This document shows positions 19,287 to 29,800 of a DNA stretch of 32,000 bases, piece by piece. The translations under genes and the position numbers were made by a program. Origin of the DNA: Promethearchaeum syntrophicum (GTDB taxonomy: Archaea; Asgardarchaeota; Lokiarchaeia; Sigyniarchaeales; Promethearchaeaceae); contig NZ_CP042905.2 of NCBI RefSeq assembly GCF_008000775.2, positions 3,930,001 through 3,962,000 on the forward strand. Direction: 5' to 3'. How positions within the stretch are numbered: position 1 is the first letter of the stretch; every line of letters starts with the position of its first letter. The notes under the pieces were generated by a model. That model was not told the DNA's origin. It saw only the letters and a list, made by a program, of their open reading frames with translations, and ran no database searches.

Positions 19287-20267
19287 ATGAGGAATGAAGC
19301 AAAGAAAAAGGGAAATAAATTTCTATTTCATTTTATTCTAATTTTAATAATTTTTCAAAGTAGCATTTTACCTCTCAATCTGTTTATTATTAATATTGAT
19401 CGAAGAAAAATACTTTCTAGGTCAATTCAAACTCCTTCATCCAGTTCGGTTAATAACCTTGAAATTATTCAGATGAATTATAGTGTTGATTATGAAATAG
19501 TTAAGAACGGTAAAAAAACTGAGAATACAATACCTATAATGTTATATATAAATGGAACAGAAAATCTCTATGAAAATGGAACTATTTCATATTATATTGG
19601 GAAAAATGTGACAGATGAAACTGTATTACAATTGCTAGCCAATGTTTTCATTGAGGAACAAATGAATTTTTTCCAAAATCATCAGATAAATGAACCTTTT
19701 CAAACGTTTTTTTCCTATAGAAGAGAAGCTATGGCTAATAATTTATCAAATTTTTTGACTGAAGCAAGTTATACTTTATTTTGGTTAAATACTTCCGGAA
19801 ATAACGCCGGATACCTTAAACAATATAGAAATATCCAATTTTTAAATGTAGTCGATCCGTTTTTATTGGGAATTTATGATGAAAATAGAATTATTTCTGA
19901 GGAGACTTGGTCTGATAAAAAATCCGATATCTCAAAAAATGTTAGAATTTTAAACAGTTTTTATCTTCGAGCTAATTATAATAATGAACAAATAATAAAT
20001 CTTCATTATGATAAAACATGGACGGTGCTTCTTCGAGGAAAATTTGAAAACTACGATTCTGATGAAGATAAATACATTTTAGATATAAAATTAGTAGATT
20101 CAAATTTAAATTTAAACTATCTACCAGACAATCCATATTGGGATGTTAGATTGAGAAACTTTCTTATTATTGCCCCTCTTTCAAGTGTTGGTAGTATAAT
20201 TGTTGTGTTCAAGATTATAAAAAAATCTCGAATACAAAAAAAGGAAGATATACTTGATAAAATTTAA
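19287..20267 (+). CDS. Hypothetical bitopic membrane protein (N- and C-terminal TM segments, large ectodomain)
   Basis: N-terminal 'FLFHFILILIIFQSSILPLNLFII' and C-terminal 'FLIIAPLSSVGSIIVVFKIIKKSRIQKKE' around a sequon-containing ectodomain. Confidence 0.7.
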   Translation: MRNEAKKKGNKFLFHFILILIIFQSSILPLNLFIINIDRRKILSRSIQTPSSSSVNNLEIIQMNYSVDYEIVKNGKKTENTIPIMLYINGTENLYENGTISYYIGKNVTDETVLQLLANVFIEEQMNFFQNHQINEPFQTFFSYRREAMANNLSNFLTEASYTLFWLNTSGNNAGYLKQYRNIQFLNVVDPFLLGIYDENRIISEETWSDKKSDISKNVRILNSFYLRANYNNEQIINLHYDKTWTVLLRGKFENYDSDEDKYILDIKLVDSNLNLNYLPDNPYWDVRLRNFLIIAPLSSVGSIIVVFKIIKKSRIQKKEDILDKI

Positions 20268-20299
20268 TAAAATGAGGGACTTATTTAAATTAGAAAAAA

Positions 20300-20608
20300 A
20301 TGTCTGACGATAAATTAATGATAAGGCGATTGGTTTTAGACATCTTGAAACCTTTTGACCCTGAATTACATATTGTAGCAACTGAAGTCATAAATCGATG
20401 TAAAATAAGTAAAGAAATTAGTGTAAATTTAACTGTGAACGAGGTTGATAAACTTACTCAAACTATTAAATTTATCATTGAGGGAATAAATTTGGATTTT
20501 GATGAGATTCAAGAAATACTAAATTCTATGAATTGTATAATTCATAGTGTAGATCAAGTAGCTGCTGGAAAGAAAATTGTTGAAAATATCGATACTCCAC
20601 AAGATTAA
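20300..20608 (+). CDS. DUF211-family archaeal protein
   Basis: 'MIRRLVLDILKPFDPELHIVATEVINR...VNLTVNEVDKLTQTIKFIIEGINLDFDEIQEILNSMNCIIHSVDQVAAGKKIVE' matches the archaeal DUF211 layout. Confidence 0.85.
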   Translation: MSDDKLMIRRLVLDILKPFDPELHIVATEVINRCKISKEISVNLTVNEVDKLTQTIKFIIEGINLDFDEIQEILNSMNCIIHSVDQVAAGKKIVENIDTPQD

Positions 20609-20753
20609 ACTCTAATTTTTATTATGATTTCAACCATCTTAATTTTTTTTATTTCCTTATTTTTAGATTATTCATTGAATTTAATATTCTGATATCATCA
20701 TAATAATGCAAAAATGATAACCCATTTCAAAAAGGATTTGTAGTTAAATTTTT

Positions 20754-20993
20754 ATGATCACCATGGAAAAAAATTCGATGTTTATAAAAAATTTTATAAA
20801 GAAATCAATGATTTCTCAAATGCTAAATCATTCAAAAGTGAAGAAAGATAAAAATGTTGAAAAAAAGGACCTTTATATCGAAATTGAAGAAGCAATTTTG
20901 CGTAAGGATGGTCAAACAATAAGAGAACTTTCAGCAGTTATAACATCTATGTGGATTGAGAACTCTAAACTTGCGTTACAATTGATCAAATAA
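20754..20993 (+). CDS. Small hypothetical protein (79 aa)
   Basis: ORF with no recognised family, ending 11 nt before the IS left inverted repeat. Confidence 0.4.
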   Translation: MITMEKNSMFIKNFIKKSMISQMLNHSKVKKDKNVEKKDLYIEIEEAILRKDGQTIRELSAVITSMWIENSKLALQLIK

Positions 20994-21004
20994 CAATTTT
21001 TTTT

Positions 21005-21025
21005 CATGATTTTTCAAGTTAATCT
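21005..21025. repeat. IS left terminal inverted repeat (21 bp)
   Basis: Exact reverse complement of 22753-22773. Confidence 0.93.
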
Positions 21026-21090
21026 CCATCCGACAAAAAGATTGGAACAAAACAAAAACTATAAATCACTTTTTTTCTTTTGTTAAATTA

Positions 21091-22764
21091 ATGAAATATC
21101 ATGCTCAGTCGGGGGATTATTGTACCGTTTATCTAAAATGGCCCCAGAATTTACCAAAAGAATGTCCTGTCTGTCAGGAAAAAGTAATCAAAAAATATGC
21201 AGACAATGGTAAAATCGTGCATTCTCTTGCTGGAGACATAAATCAAATCACAATCTATTATCATTGCATTAATCCAAATTGTAAAATGCACGATATTGTA
21301 TTTAATCCTCAATCTCGGTTTGAATTTGAAGGTTTCTATTATGGAAAAGATGTTGTACAAAAGGTAGCATTTTACGCTTTGAAGAAACATTTTAAGGCAG
21401 CATATATTTTAGATGTGCTTCAAACAGAATATAAATTGAAAATTTCTGAAAGTACAATCCGAAGAATGATTAATGTGGTGACTGTAGTCAAATCTGAAGC
21501 TATTGATCAAAAAACTTTAGAAATTATAAAGAAACAAAAAGTCATTTTAATGGGTTTAGATGGAGAGGATCCATTGGTTGAGGGTCCAGGATTGTGGCTC
21601 TTTGTTGATTTAATTTCGAACCGATTACTATCCACGGTTTACCTAGAAAGTGCAACAGCAGATATTCTGCATGATGAGATTGAAAAAATTATCTCTCTTT
21701 ATTCTGTGAAGATAAGTGGATTTATTAGCGATAAACAAAACAATATAACGAGTTGCATCTCCAAATATTATCCCAAAATACCCCATCAATACTGTGGGTA
21801 CCATTTTATGAATAATATTTGGAATCATTTGGAATTACTTGATGGAAAACTCCATAAAAGATTATCTCAAGTAATACAAAATAGCTATTTTTTGAACACA
21901 GGTCCTAATTCCCCAATATATATTGAAGAACATGGAAAAATTGCCCCAAAAACGGTTTTTTCTCCGATAATTGCTGATTTAAAAAAAATGAAACGCTTCA
22001 GAAACAAAAAATTTGAACAACTTAGGGGGATTAAATTTTTCGAACATTTAGACGATTACACAGCTCAAATGTTTGAAATCATGAGTCAAGTACCTCAAAA
22101 CTATCGAATTCACAAAATATATCGTAGAGAGGGAGAAAAATGGACAGAATCATTAAGTTCATTATATTCTCTCTATTCTGATTGTAACGAACTTTTTGAG
22201 ATCTTCAAAGAAATTTATTCAGGATACTTTGCAAAAAATGTAAGTTCATCAGAGATCGAGGACAACATGGCAACATTATTTGTCAATTTGGAGCAAAAAC
22301 TACTTGAAACCGATCAAAATTTTGTTAAAACGAATTTGCGGGCCTATTTACCGCGATCGTCTAGTACATATTTGGAAATAATGGGAGAGTGGCTAAGATT
22401 GTGGGAAAGTTATCGTAATGGTCTATTCAGTTATCGTAAATTTGAAAAACCGATTTTGACAAATAATACTTTAGAGCAAGCCTTTGGACGCCAAAAATCG
22501 CATTTTTACAGTCGTAGTGCTAAGAAACAAGTGGGAAGGCTGATCCTTACTGAAGGAGATTACCATTTGCGTTTTGTATTCTGTAGAGATGAAGAATTAG
22601 AAAGTGATATTTGGGAAGAAGCGAGTAATCTAAATTGGCGGTTGCTTAAATCTATGCATGATGGACGTAAGAAGGTTTTAAGTGAAAATTGGTTAAAAAA
22701 AACATTGAAATTTTTAGGAATTAGTAAAGTCCAAGCACAATTTTATGAAAAAAGATTAACTTGA
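21091..22764 (+). CDS. DDE-type transposase with N-terminal zinc ribbon (family unassigned)
   Basis: Zinc-ribbon-like 'CPVCQEKV...YYHCINPNCKMHD'; candidate acidic triad at 'LMGLDGEDPLVEG', 'SGFISDKQNNI' and 'LTNNTLEQAFGRQK'; 'HQYCGYHFMNNIW' C/H motif after the second D. Located precisely between perfect TIRs. Confidence 0.88.
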   Translation: MKYHAQSGDYCTVYLKWPQNLPKECPVCQEKVIKKYADNGKIVHSLAGDINQITIYYHCINPNCKMHDIVFNPQSRFEFEGFYYGKDVVQKVAFYALKKHFKAAYILDVLQTEYKLKISESTIRRMINVVTVVKSEAIDQKTLEIIKKQKVILMGLDGEDPLVEGPGLWLFVDLISNRLLSTVYLESATADILHDEIEKIISLYSVKISGFISDKQNNITSCISKYYPKIPHQYCGYHFMNNIWNHLELLDGKLHKRLSQVIQNSYFLNTGPNSPIYIEEHGKIAPKTVFSPIIADLKKMKRFRNKKFEQLRGIKFFEHLDDYTAQMFEIMSQVPQNYRIHKIYRREGEKWTESLSSLYSLYSDCNELFEIFKEIYSGYFAKNVSSSEIEDNMATLFVNLEQKLLETDQNFVKTNLRAYLPRSSSTYLEIMGEWLRLWESYRNGLFSYRKFEKPILTNNTLEQAFGRQKSHFYSRSAKKQVGRLILTEGDYHLRFVFCRDEELESDIWEEASNLNWRLLKSMHDGRKKVLSENWLKKTLKFLGISKVQAQFYEKRLT

Positions 22765-22773
22765 AAAATCATG
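22753..22773. repeat. IS right terminal inverted repeat (21 bp), overlapping the transposase 3' end
   Basis: Exact reverse complement of 21005-21025; the transposase stop codon (22762-22764) lies inside it. Confidence 0.93.
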
Positions 22774-22784
22774 TTTTTTTTAAT

Positions 22785-23477
22785 TTAATTTTTAATGAAA
22801 TTTTTTAAGATTTCTATTAATTCCGTTTCAATTCTAGATTGATCTACAAAAAAATGTGTATTAAATTCGTTAGCAGAATGTTTTTCACTTATAATCGCAA
22901 TTGAACGAGCTCCAATTGAATGAGCAGATTCAATATCACTAGGATGATCTCCAATAACGCAAATATTCTCGGGTGATACATTTAATCGATTAATTATAAA
23001 CGAAATATGTTCTGGATCTGGCTTATTTTTATTAACTTTGTCTCTACCAACAATAAAAGATGTGTCTGGAAAGAAATTAATAAGATTTGCAGTTTTTAGA
23101 GATAAAATAGCATTTTTTGTAGTGTTTAAAGTAATTATTCCTGATTTAATCTTTCTTTTTGTGCAAAATTCAAGAACATTCTTAACTCCGGGGATACTGG
23201 TTGCTAAATAGGAAGCTTCTCTTTCAATTAATTCAACTTTCTTATCAACTTCACTTTTTATTTTTACAATTTTATCATCTTCATGGATTTTTTCCTGTAA
23301 GAAATAATCTGTAGCTTGTTTTATCATCTTTAGGACATAGTAATTTTGGTTTAATTTCCCTTTAGGATAACCATATTTCTCTAGGATGCGAATAGTTTCA
23401 CTCCGAGCATTTTTATAATCTATATTAAAGTGAATAAGAGTCCCATCTAAATCCCATAAAATTGCCGATAAGGGCAT
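22785..23477 (-). CDS. HAD-superfamily hydrolase (phosphoglycolate phosphatase-like)
   Basis: Motif I 'LWDLDGTLI', motif II 'SGIITLNTT', motif III/IV 'NKPDPEHI...ICVIGDHPSDIESAHSIGARSIAI'. Start moved to M18 (23477) to avoid overlap with the next gene. Confidence 0.9.
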   Translation of the reverse strand: MPLSAILWDLDGTLIHFNIDYKNARSETIRILEKYGYPKGKLNQNYYVLKMIKQATDYFLQEKIHEDDKIVKIKSEVDKKVELIEREASYLATSIPGVKNVLEFCTKRKIKSGIITLNTTKNAILSLKTANLINFFPDTSFIVGRDKVNKNKPDPEHISFIINRLNVSPENICVIGDHPSDIESAHSIGARSIAIISEKHSANEFNTHFFVDQSRIETELIEILKNFIKN

Positions 23478-23511
23478 AGTAAAATAAGTTATTAATGTAG
23501 GAAAAAAGCAT

Positions 23512-25704
23512 CTATTTTTGAAAATCATTATCTTTTAAAGAAGAGAAATAATCTAATTTACGAGCGAGCTCATTTAAACTAAAAGGTTTTGTTAAAATTC
23601 CTAAGTCGAATCTATCAGGATTTGGTATTTTATATTCGGAATAACCAGTAATGAATAAAACTGAGATTTTGGGTGAAATTTCTTTAATTTTATAATAGAG
23701 TTCAACCCCATTCATACCGGGTAAATTAATATCTAAAATAACCAAATCTAATTCGTGATATTTTTTTTTAAATAAAATATATCCATCATTCCCGTTTTGG
23801 GTTGACGTGACATTTGCTTCACTATTTTTTAGATATTTTGTTAAACTTTCATATATTAAATGTTCATCTTCTACAAGTAAAATATTAATTTTGTTTAATT
23901 TTTGATAAGAAATTTTCGTAGTAGTTTTTAATTTATTCTGGATTACATTTTCATTTACTGAACTATTCAATAATAAAGGTAATTCTATTCTGAATTTTGT
24001 TCCTACTCCTTCATTACTCTCCACTTTAATTGTACCTTCCATAAATTTGGCTACATTATAAACAATAGTTAACCCTAAGCCGGTTCCTCTACTCTTATCT
24101 TTGGTTGTAAAGAAAGGGTCGAATATCTTATCAATTATTTCAACGGGAATACCAATTCCCGTATCTTCTACACATATTTCAATATTAAATTCTCGATTAA
24201 ATTTCAGATGTTCCTTCAGAAATTGAAAATTTATATAATTTTTAGATGATTTAGATTTTTCTTTTGGAATTTTTCGAGTCACAATTCTAATCTCTGCTTT
24301 AGACGTTTCTGTTAAGGCTGTTTGTATAATAGCATCTCTTGCATTAATTAATAAATTTAAAATCAATTGATTAAACCGTGCCTTATCTCCTAATATAAAA
24401 GTAGTTTCTTCAATAAAATCCGTTTTTAATGAAATGCGTTGATCTATCATCTTTGAAAATGATTTTAAAGAATCTTGGATAGTTGAATTCACATTAAGAA
24501 TTTCGAATTCCGATGTTGGATTTTGAGAAAATTCCGTAATTTGTCGATTTAATTTAATTGAACGATCAATCAATCGTTGAATTTCATCTAAACCTTCAAA
24601 ACATTCTTTAACTAAGATTTTTGATGTCGGATCGTTTGCTTGAGCTTGAAAATCATTAAGATTAATCAGAATCAATTCGATATTACCACGAATTCCTGCT
24701 AAAATATTATTAAAATCATGAGTGATCCCGCCAGCAAGAGTTCCTAAACTCTCCATCTTCTGTTTTACAAATAATTTCTCTTCAATTTTTCTTTTTTCTC
24801 GAAGGGTAGATCGTACCAACTCATATTGCTTTTGTAAATTATGCGCTAAAATTCCAACTAAACATGAGAGGCTAACTCCAAAAATAATTATTTGAAAATT
24901 TGAAAGAATTGAGACTGATTTCCTCCAATTAGCATTAGGGCGTAATTGTAATTCCAATTTAATGCCTAGTAAATCTATTTCTGTTTTTATAACAAAAGAA
25001 TCTTCTATAGCGAATTCTTCTCCATAGGAATATACATAAGACTGATTCTGAATAATATTAACAGAATATTCTGATAATTTGGCAACCATATGAGAACCAT
25101 TAAGTAAAGTATCAAAAAGATTATTTAGTGCAAACACACCATTAAATAACCCAGTTAAATTTCCATTGTAAATCAAAGGAAAATAAGTAGCAAAGCCATA
25201 TTGATCTTGAAAGAGATTTATTAAAGGTGTTCTGCTAAAAATTAATTGATTAATCGAATTGTTAAGTGCATAATTATATATTCCATCTGCTAGAATGCTG
25301 ACATTTTTATTTAACGCAGCCTGATTTTCCTCTTCAGGATACACCCACTTAATTATGCTGTCTGTGCTAATCCAATTAATTGCAAAAAACCCACCAGCAA
25401 GCAGATAATAGGGCGCGATATATTCCTTATAACGAGAATAGTTATACAGATCATCTGGATTTTCTGTTTTGATCCATAAATCTCCTATATTTTTTAAACC
25501 ATCGATTCTATGATTAACTGCATTTTCGAGTGTTATTCCTAGTTCTGATGATAAAGATTGTGAACGAGCATTTAAATCATCTTGAATGTGTGTCAAATTA
25601 CCTATCCATAAATAAGAAGTAAATAATAATATTAAGGCTACAGAAATAAATGATGAATTTTTTACAATAAATGATTTTATTTTTTTAATGTTAATTTTCA
25701 TCAA
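23512..25704 (-). CDS. Hybrid sensor histidine kinase (extracytoplasmic CHASE-like sensor, HisKA, HATPase, C-terminal receiver)
   Basis: Two TM segments around an about 250-aa ectodomain; 'LGTLAGGITHDFNNILAGIRGNIELI' H-box; 'ICVEDTGIGIP' and 'SRGTGLGLTIV' ATP-binding boxes; receiver 'INILLVEDEHLIYESL...LDLVILDINLPGMNGVELYYKI...VLFITGY'. Confidence 0.92.
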   Translation of the reverse strand: MMKINIKKIKSFIVKNSSFISVALILLFTSYLWIGNLTHIQDDLNARSQSLSSELGITLENAVNHRIDGLKNIGDLWIKTENPDDLYNYSRYKEYIAPYYLLAGGFFAINWISTDSIIKWVYPEEENQAALNKNVSILADGIYNYALNNSINQLIFSRTPLINLFQDQYGFATYFPLIYNGNLTGLFNGVFALNNLFDTLLNGSHMVAKLSEYSVNIIQNQSYVYSYGEEFAIEDSFVIKTEIDLLGIKLELQLRPNANWRKSVSILSNFQIIIFGVSLSCLVGILAHNLQKQYELVRSTLREKRKIEEKLFVKQKMESLGTLAGGITHDFNNILAGIRGNIELILINLNDFQAQANDPTSKILVKECFEGLDEIQRLIDRSIKLNRQITEFSQNPTSEFEILNVNSTIQDSLKSFSKMIDQRISLKTDFIEETTFILGDKARFNQLILNLLINARDAIIQTALTETSKAEIRIVTRKIPKEKSKSSKNYINFQFLKEHLKFNREFNIEICVEDTGIGIPVEIIDKIFDPFFTTKDKSRGTGLGLTIVYNVAKFMEGTIKVESNEGVGTKFRIELPLLLNSSVNENVIQNKLKTTTKISYQKLNKINILLVEDEHLIYESLTKYLKNSEANVTSTQNGNDGYILFKKKYHELDLVILDINLPGMNGVELYYKIKEISPKISVLFITGYSEYKIPNPDRFDLGILTKPFSLNELARKLDYFSSLKDNDFQK

Positions 25705-25818
25705 ATACCATATTAATTGAAAACCAATAAGTGTTTTCGAATACTCTCATTAAAAGCCTCTGGAATCATTTTAAGTTTTAACGAAAAGTTATATCAGATA
25801 TTAATTTACTTTTATCCA

Positions 25819-26688
25819 ATGTGGAAGCGATCCCCTCTACCGTTTCTTAATAATTCCAAGAAAAATACTCCTTTGGTAATTGCCCATCGGGGTGATAGCG
25901 CTCATATACCTGAAAACACATTGCAAGCTTTCGAAGATGCCTTTAAATTAGGTGTTGATTGTCTTGAAACCGACGTCCATATAACTAAGGATGACCAATT
26001 TGTTCTATTTCATGATGATGTAGTTGATCGAACAACTGAGGCAAAAGGTCTTGTTTCTTCATTTACTCTATCGGAACTAAGAAAATTAGATGCGGGTTAT
26101 CGTTTTCAACCTCCAAACTTTCCTTTCAGGGGAAAAGGTCTTCAAATTCAAACTCTTGATGAGATTTTCCAAAAATATCCCATCAGATTTAACTTGGACA
26201 TAAAAGATAAAGACCCAAAAGTTCCAGAGTTACTCGCTTTGAAATTGAAGGAGTTGGGAGTTGAAGATAGGGTAATGGTTGGTTCATTTCATCAAGATCA
26301 AATTAAACATTTTCGAAAATTTTCTGAAATACCCACAAGTGCGGGTCGGAAAGAAGTATTTAAATTCTGGAGAGTAGCTAGAAAATGGATCCGGAAGAAT
26401 AAATCATTTTTTAGTAATGAAAAAAGTAATGATGAAGAACATCTTTCTCAAAAAAAGATTTTTGGAACCGAATTACCTTATTATGCTCTTCAAATTCCTG
26501 AGAGAAATTATTTCTTAAAAATTATTACTCCCGAATTAATAAAATTTGCGCATATCGATGGAATTGATATCTCAATTCAAGTGTGGACAATTAATAATGA
26601 AAAAGATATCCGAAGGTTCTTAGAATGGGAAATTGATGGAATTTTTACTGATAAACCGAAATTGATGTTAAATATTCTTAATCTTTAG
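25819..26688 (+). CDS. Glycerophosphodiester phosphodiesterase (GDPD family)
   Basis: 'PLVIAHRGDSAHIPENTLQAFEDAFKLGVDCLETDVHITKDDQFVLFHDDVVDRTTEAKG', 'FDLNIKDKD', 'VQVWTINNEKDIRRFLEWEIDGIFTDKP'. The listed ORF begins at 25717, but M35 (25819) is the more plausible start. Confidence 0.92.
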   Translation: MWKRSPLPFLNNSKKNTPLVIAHRGDSAHIPENTLQAFEDAFKLGVDCLETDVHITKDDQFVLFHDDVVDRTTEAKGLVSSFTLSELRKLDAGYRFQPPNFPFRGKGLQIQTLDEIFQKYPIRFNLDIKDKDPKVPELLALKLKELGVEDRVMVGSFHQDQIKHFRKFSEIPTSAGRKEVFKFWRVARKWIRKNKSFFSNEKSNDEEHLSQKKIFGTELPYYALQIPERNYFLKIITPELIKFAHIDGIDISIQVWTINNEKDIRRFLEWEIDGIFTDKPKLMLNILNL

Positions 26689-26845
26689 AAAAGGTTAAAT
26701 TTAAAACGAGTTTTCAATTTTTCATTAAATTTTTTTTATTGTTCTATTTTTTTTTTTTTTGTTCTAATCTTTAGTATAATATGGTTTCGGATCTTTGAAA
26801 TTAACAATAATCTTAGAAAATAATATATCGGTGGATTAAAAAGAA

Positions 26846-29800
26846 ATGATTTTTGGATATCTAAGAAAAACTATTTGGCGGAATAAAACTCGTACGTTTT
26901 TCCTAACTGTTGGGATTATAGTTTCAATTATGTTAGTGACAGGAGTTAATATTTCATCTAACGCAATGGCTCAATCATTAATTCAAGAAAGATTAGACGA
27001 AATAAAAATTGATTTCACAGTGGTTCCACGAAATACTGCAACAAATGCAACAGAATTAGTAGATAAACTAAATTCTCTGGAGGATTCACTGGATGAATTT
27101 GTATTTGCATATGTTGGCGCTTATGGTTTATCGTATCGATCAATAATCAATCCATATGGGGGAGAAATTGATTGGAGTTTTTTGAATACTAGCAAACAGT
27201 ATGAAGACTACACGAACACTACGCATTTTTGCGGACTGAAAAAAGATTTATTCTCTGAACCTCGGGTTGCAGATCGATTTAAAGATGTAATAAAAAGCAA
27301 TGACACATTAAATTTTACACAAGAAGGAGTGTATTTAGATTCAAGAACTGCACAAGAATACGGAGTTGATACTGGTCAAAATATATCAATCGGAGTTTTA
27401 AGTGTCTTTTATGACTGGGACAATGGTGATAAAAAATATAATTTAACAGCAGAAGCAAATAATATTACAATTTTAGGGGTCTTTAATCTAATCAATCGGG
27501 AATCTTTTATTGAAGTTTTCAACCCAGATAGATGGGGGGGATATATGGGCGATCAAGATATTGCTTTAATAGGAAACTTCTCATACATTGAGAAGCAAGC
27601 AGAAAATTTGACAAATCAACTTGAAGATGCAGCATTATCATATGGTATTTCTTTTAACCCTTGGGATTTAAGTTTTTCAAGAAAATTCGGAGTAATGATT
27701 GATCATTCGTCTTTGAACGTAATGAATATCAATGAATTGAAGACCCAAATTAATCAAATTGAAAATAAAATAAAAATTACTGGAGGAACATTGGTAAATT
27801 ATGTTGAGGGACAATTAGATGAGCGGGTAATCCAAGAACTGAGTTTTGAAATTGCTATATATCAAGCTATTTTCCTAATAATTTCAGTTCCTGTCATCAT
27901 TTTAGGTTGGTTTTTGACAAAAACTAATTTCCAATTGAGTTATGAAAAAAGAAGAAGAGAAATTGCCCTTTTAAAGGTAAAAGGAGGAATCTCAAAACAA
28001 TTAAAATCTATGTTTTTCTTAGAAGCTCTAATTATCGGGTTATGTGGAGGAGCATTGGGAGTATTAGGAGGAAATTTAACTTCAACTTTGGTATTAAAAC
28101 AGATGTTCCCTCAAGTTTTAGAAGGTTATTCATTCACCGATGTTTTATCAGTCATTTTATATGGAGAATTTCTATCAACATCAACTTGGATTATTGGGAT
28201 TATATTAGCACTAAGTATTTCCTTACTTGCAGTTAGAAAGCCATTAAAAGAGTTTTCTAATCTTGAACCTATTGAGGGTCTGCAAAAATATCATGAAATT
28301 AGCCATGCTCAATTACCAACTAAAAAACGAGACTGGATAGCTTTGATAGTAAGTTTAGCGACAATTGTTTTCACTTTAGTATCAAGTACATTAATGGCTA
28401 ATGCAGATTTTGGTTATGGATTCGCTCCATTTCTGATGCTATTTGTAACAATTTCAACGGTTTTACTACCACTTGCACCCTTCTTATTAATTTATGCTCT
28501 TGTAAAATTGCTTTGTGGGAATATTAAGTTCTTTCAAGCGATAATTACTAAAATTAGTCAACTATGGTCAAAACAAATATCTGTATTTACTTCTAAAAGC
28601 ATTATCCGTAACCAAGTTAGATCTTTTCGGTTAGTATTTATAGTAGGTATGGCTTTGAGTTTTGTGGTAATGGCTTCAACCATTCGTGCTACAGAATTGA
28701 ATTATCAAAATCAGATGGAAACAATAACAACTGCTAATGGAATTAGAATTAACATTCGATCTTCAATGTTGAATCAAAATGGGACAGAACCATTCATTGA
28801 TATGTTATGGAATGAAAAAAGCGCAGTTCCATTTGAAACGTTCAATTATTATTATCAACTTAAAGATTCTGGATTCGAAGGTAGTTCGGGTGATTCTTAT
28901 GAAGTATGGAATGACAATGGAATATATGCAGGGCCTATAGCACTAGGTGCAATTTCAGCAGAAAATTTCACAACAGAATATGTTGACATGAGCGATGATT
29001 GGTTTATTAATATGACTGCAGATGAAGCTATGGATAAATTAAGGACTATTCCAAATGCAACATTGATCCCTGAATCTATGGTTCAACAAGGTTATGAAGT
29101 AGGAGATATTTATGAAAATCAAATTCAATATAGTTTATCCAATGGTACCATTAATACAACAACACTGGAAGTAGTAGGAGTTTATAATTCATTCCCTATC
29201 GTCTCATCGGGATGGAACTGGAACCAAGTAATGATAATTGATAAGGATACAATAAAAGATAGTGTTTGTTATAGTGCGGATTTTATGTTCTATCCAGAAA
29301 GTGGAAACGAGAATGAAGTTACTTATGAAATAATAGAGAATGTATTCCAAGATTTTGATTCATCTTTATACGCCTATAATCCCGCGGATTATTTAAATGA
29401 AGGGAGCAGTATTGCTACATCCGTAGTGAGTTTTCTAAATTTAGAAAGTTTTTACTTACTCATAATCGTTACGTTCGGTATTGCAATAATTATGTATATT
29501 TCTATCAATGAAAAATCTCATGATATGGGATTACTGAGAGCAAGGGGAGTAGAAAAAAAAGTAATTTATAAAATACAAATTGCAGAAGGGTTTACTTTAA
29601 TATTACTAGGATGTGTATTCTCAATAGTTGGATTACTTGGAGGTGCAACAATTGCTCTCCACTTAAATACATTAGCCATGGATTTCACATCTTCAGGTAT
29701 TGAACGTCATTTCTCTATTCCCTGGCTAAATTTGTTGGTGCAACTCATAGGATCCCTAGCAATTTTCATTACAAGTATAATTATAGCTGTTTTTATTGAA

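Larger units (their letters stand above)
21005..22773 (+). mobile_element. Apparently intact insertion sequence (about 1.77 kb)
   Basis: Perfect 21-bp terminal inverted repeats: left 'catgatttttcaagttaatct' (21005-21025), right 'agattaacttgaaaaatcatg' (22753-22773). Flanked by T8 on both sides (20997-21004 and 22774-22781), consistent with an 8-bp target-site duplication. Encloses one full-length transposase ORF. Confidence 0.92.

Noticed and set aside
21151-21828. Antisense ORFs within the transposase (21151-21390, 21643-21828)
   Set aside because: Spurious antisense reading frames; no recognisable accessory IS protein.
26740-26763. Long T-tracts after the GDPD gene considered as a structured element
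   Set aside because: Simple homopolymer-rich intergenic DNA without a convincing stem; at most T-rich archaeal termination signals.
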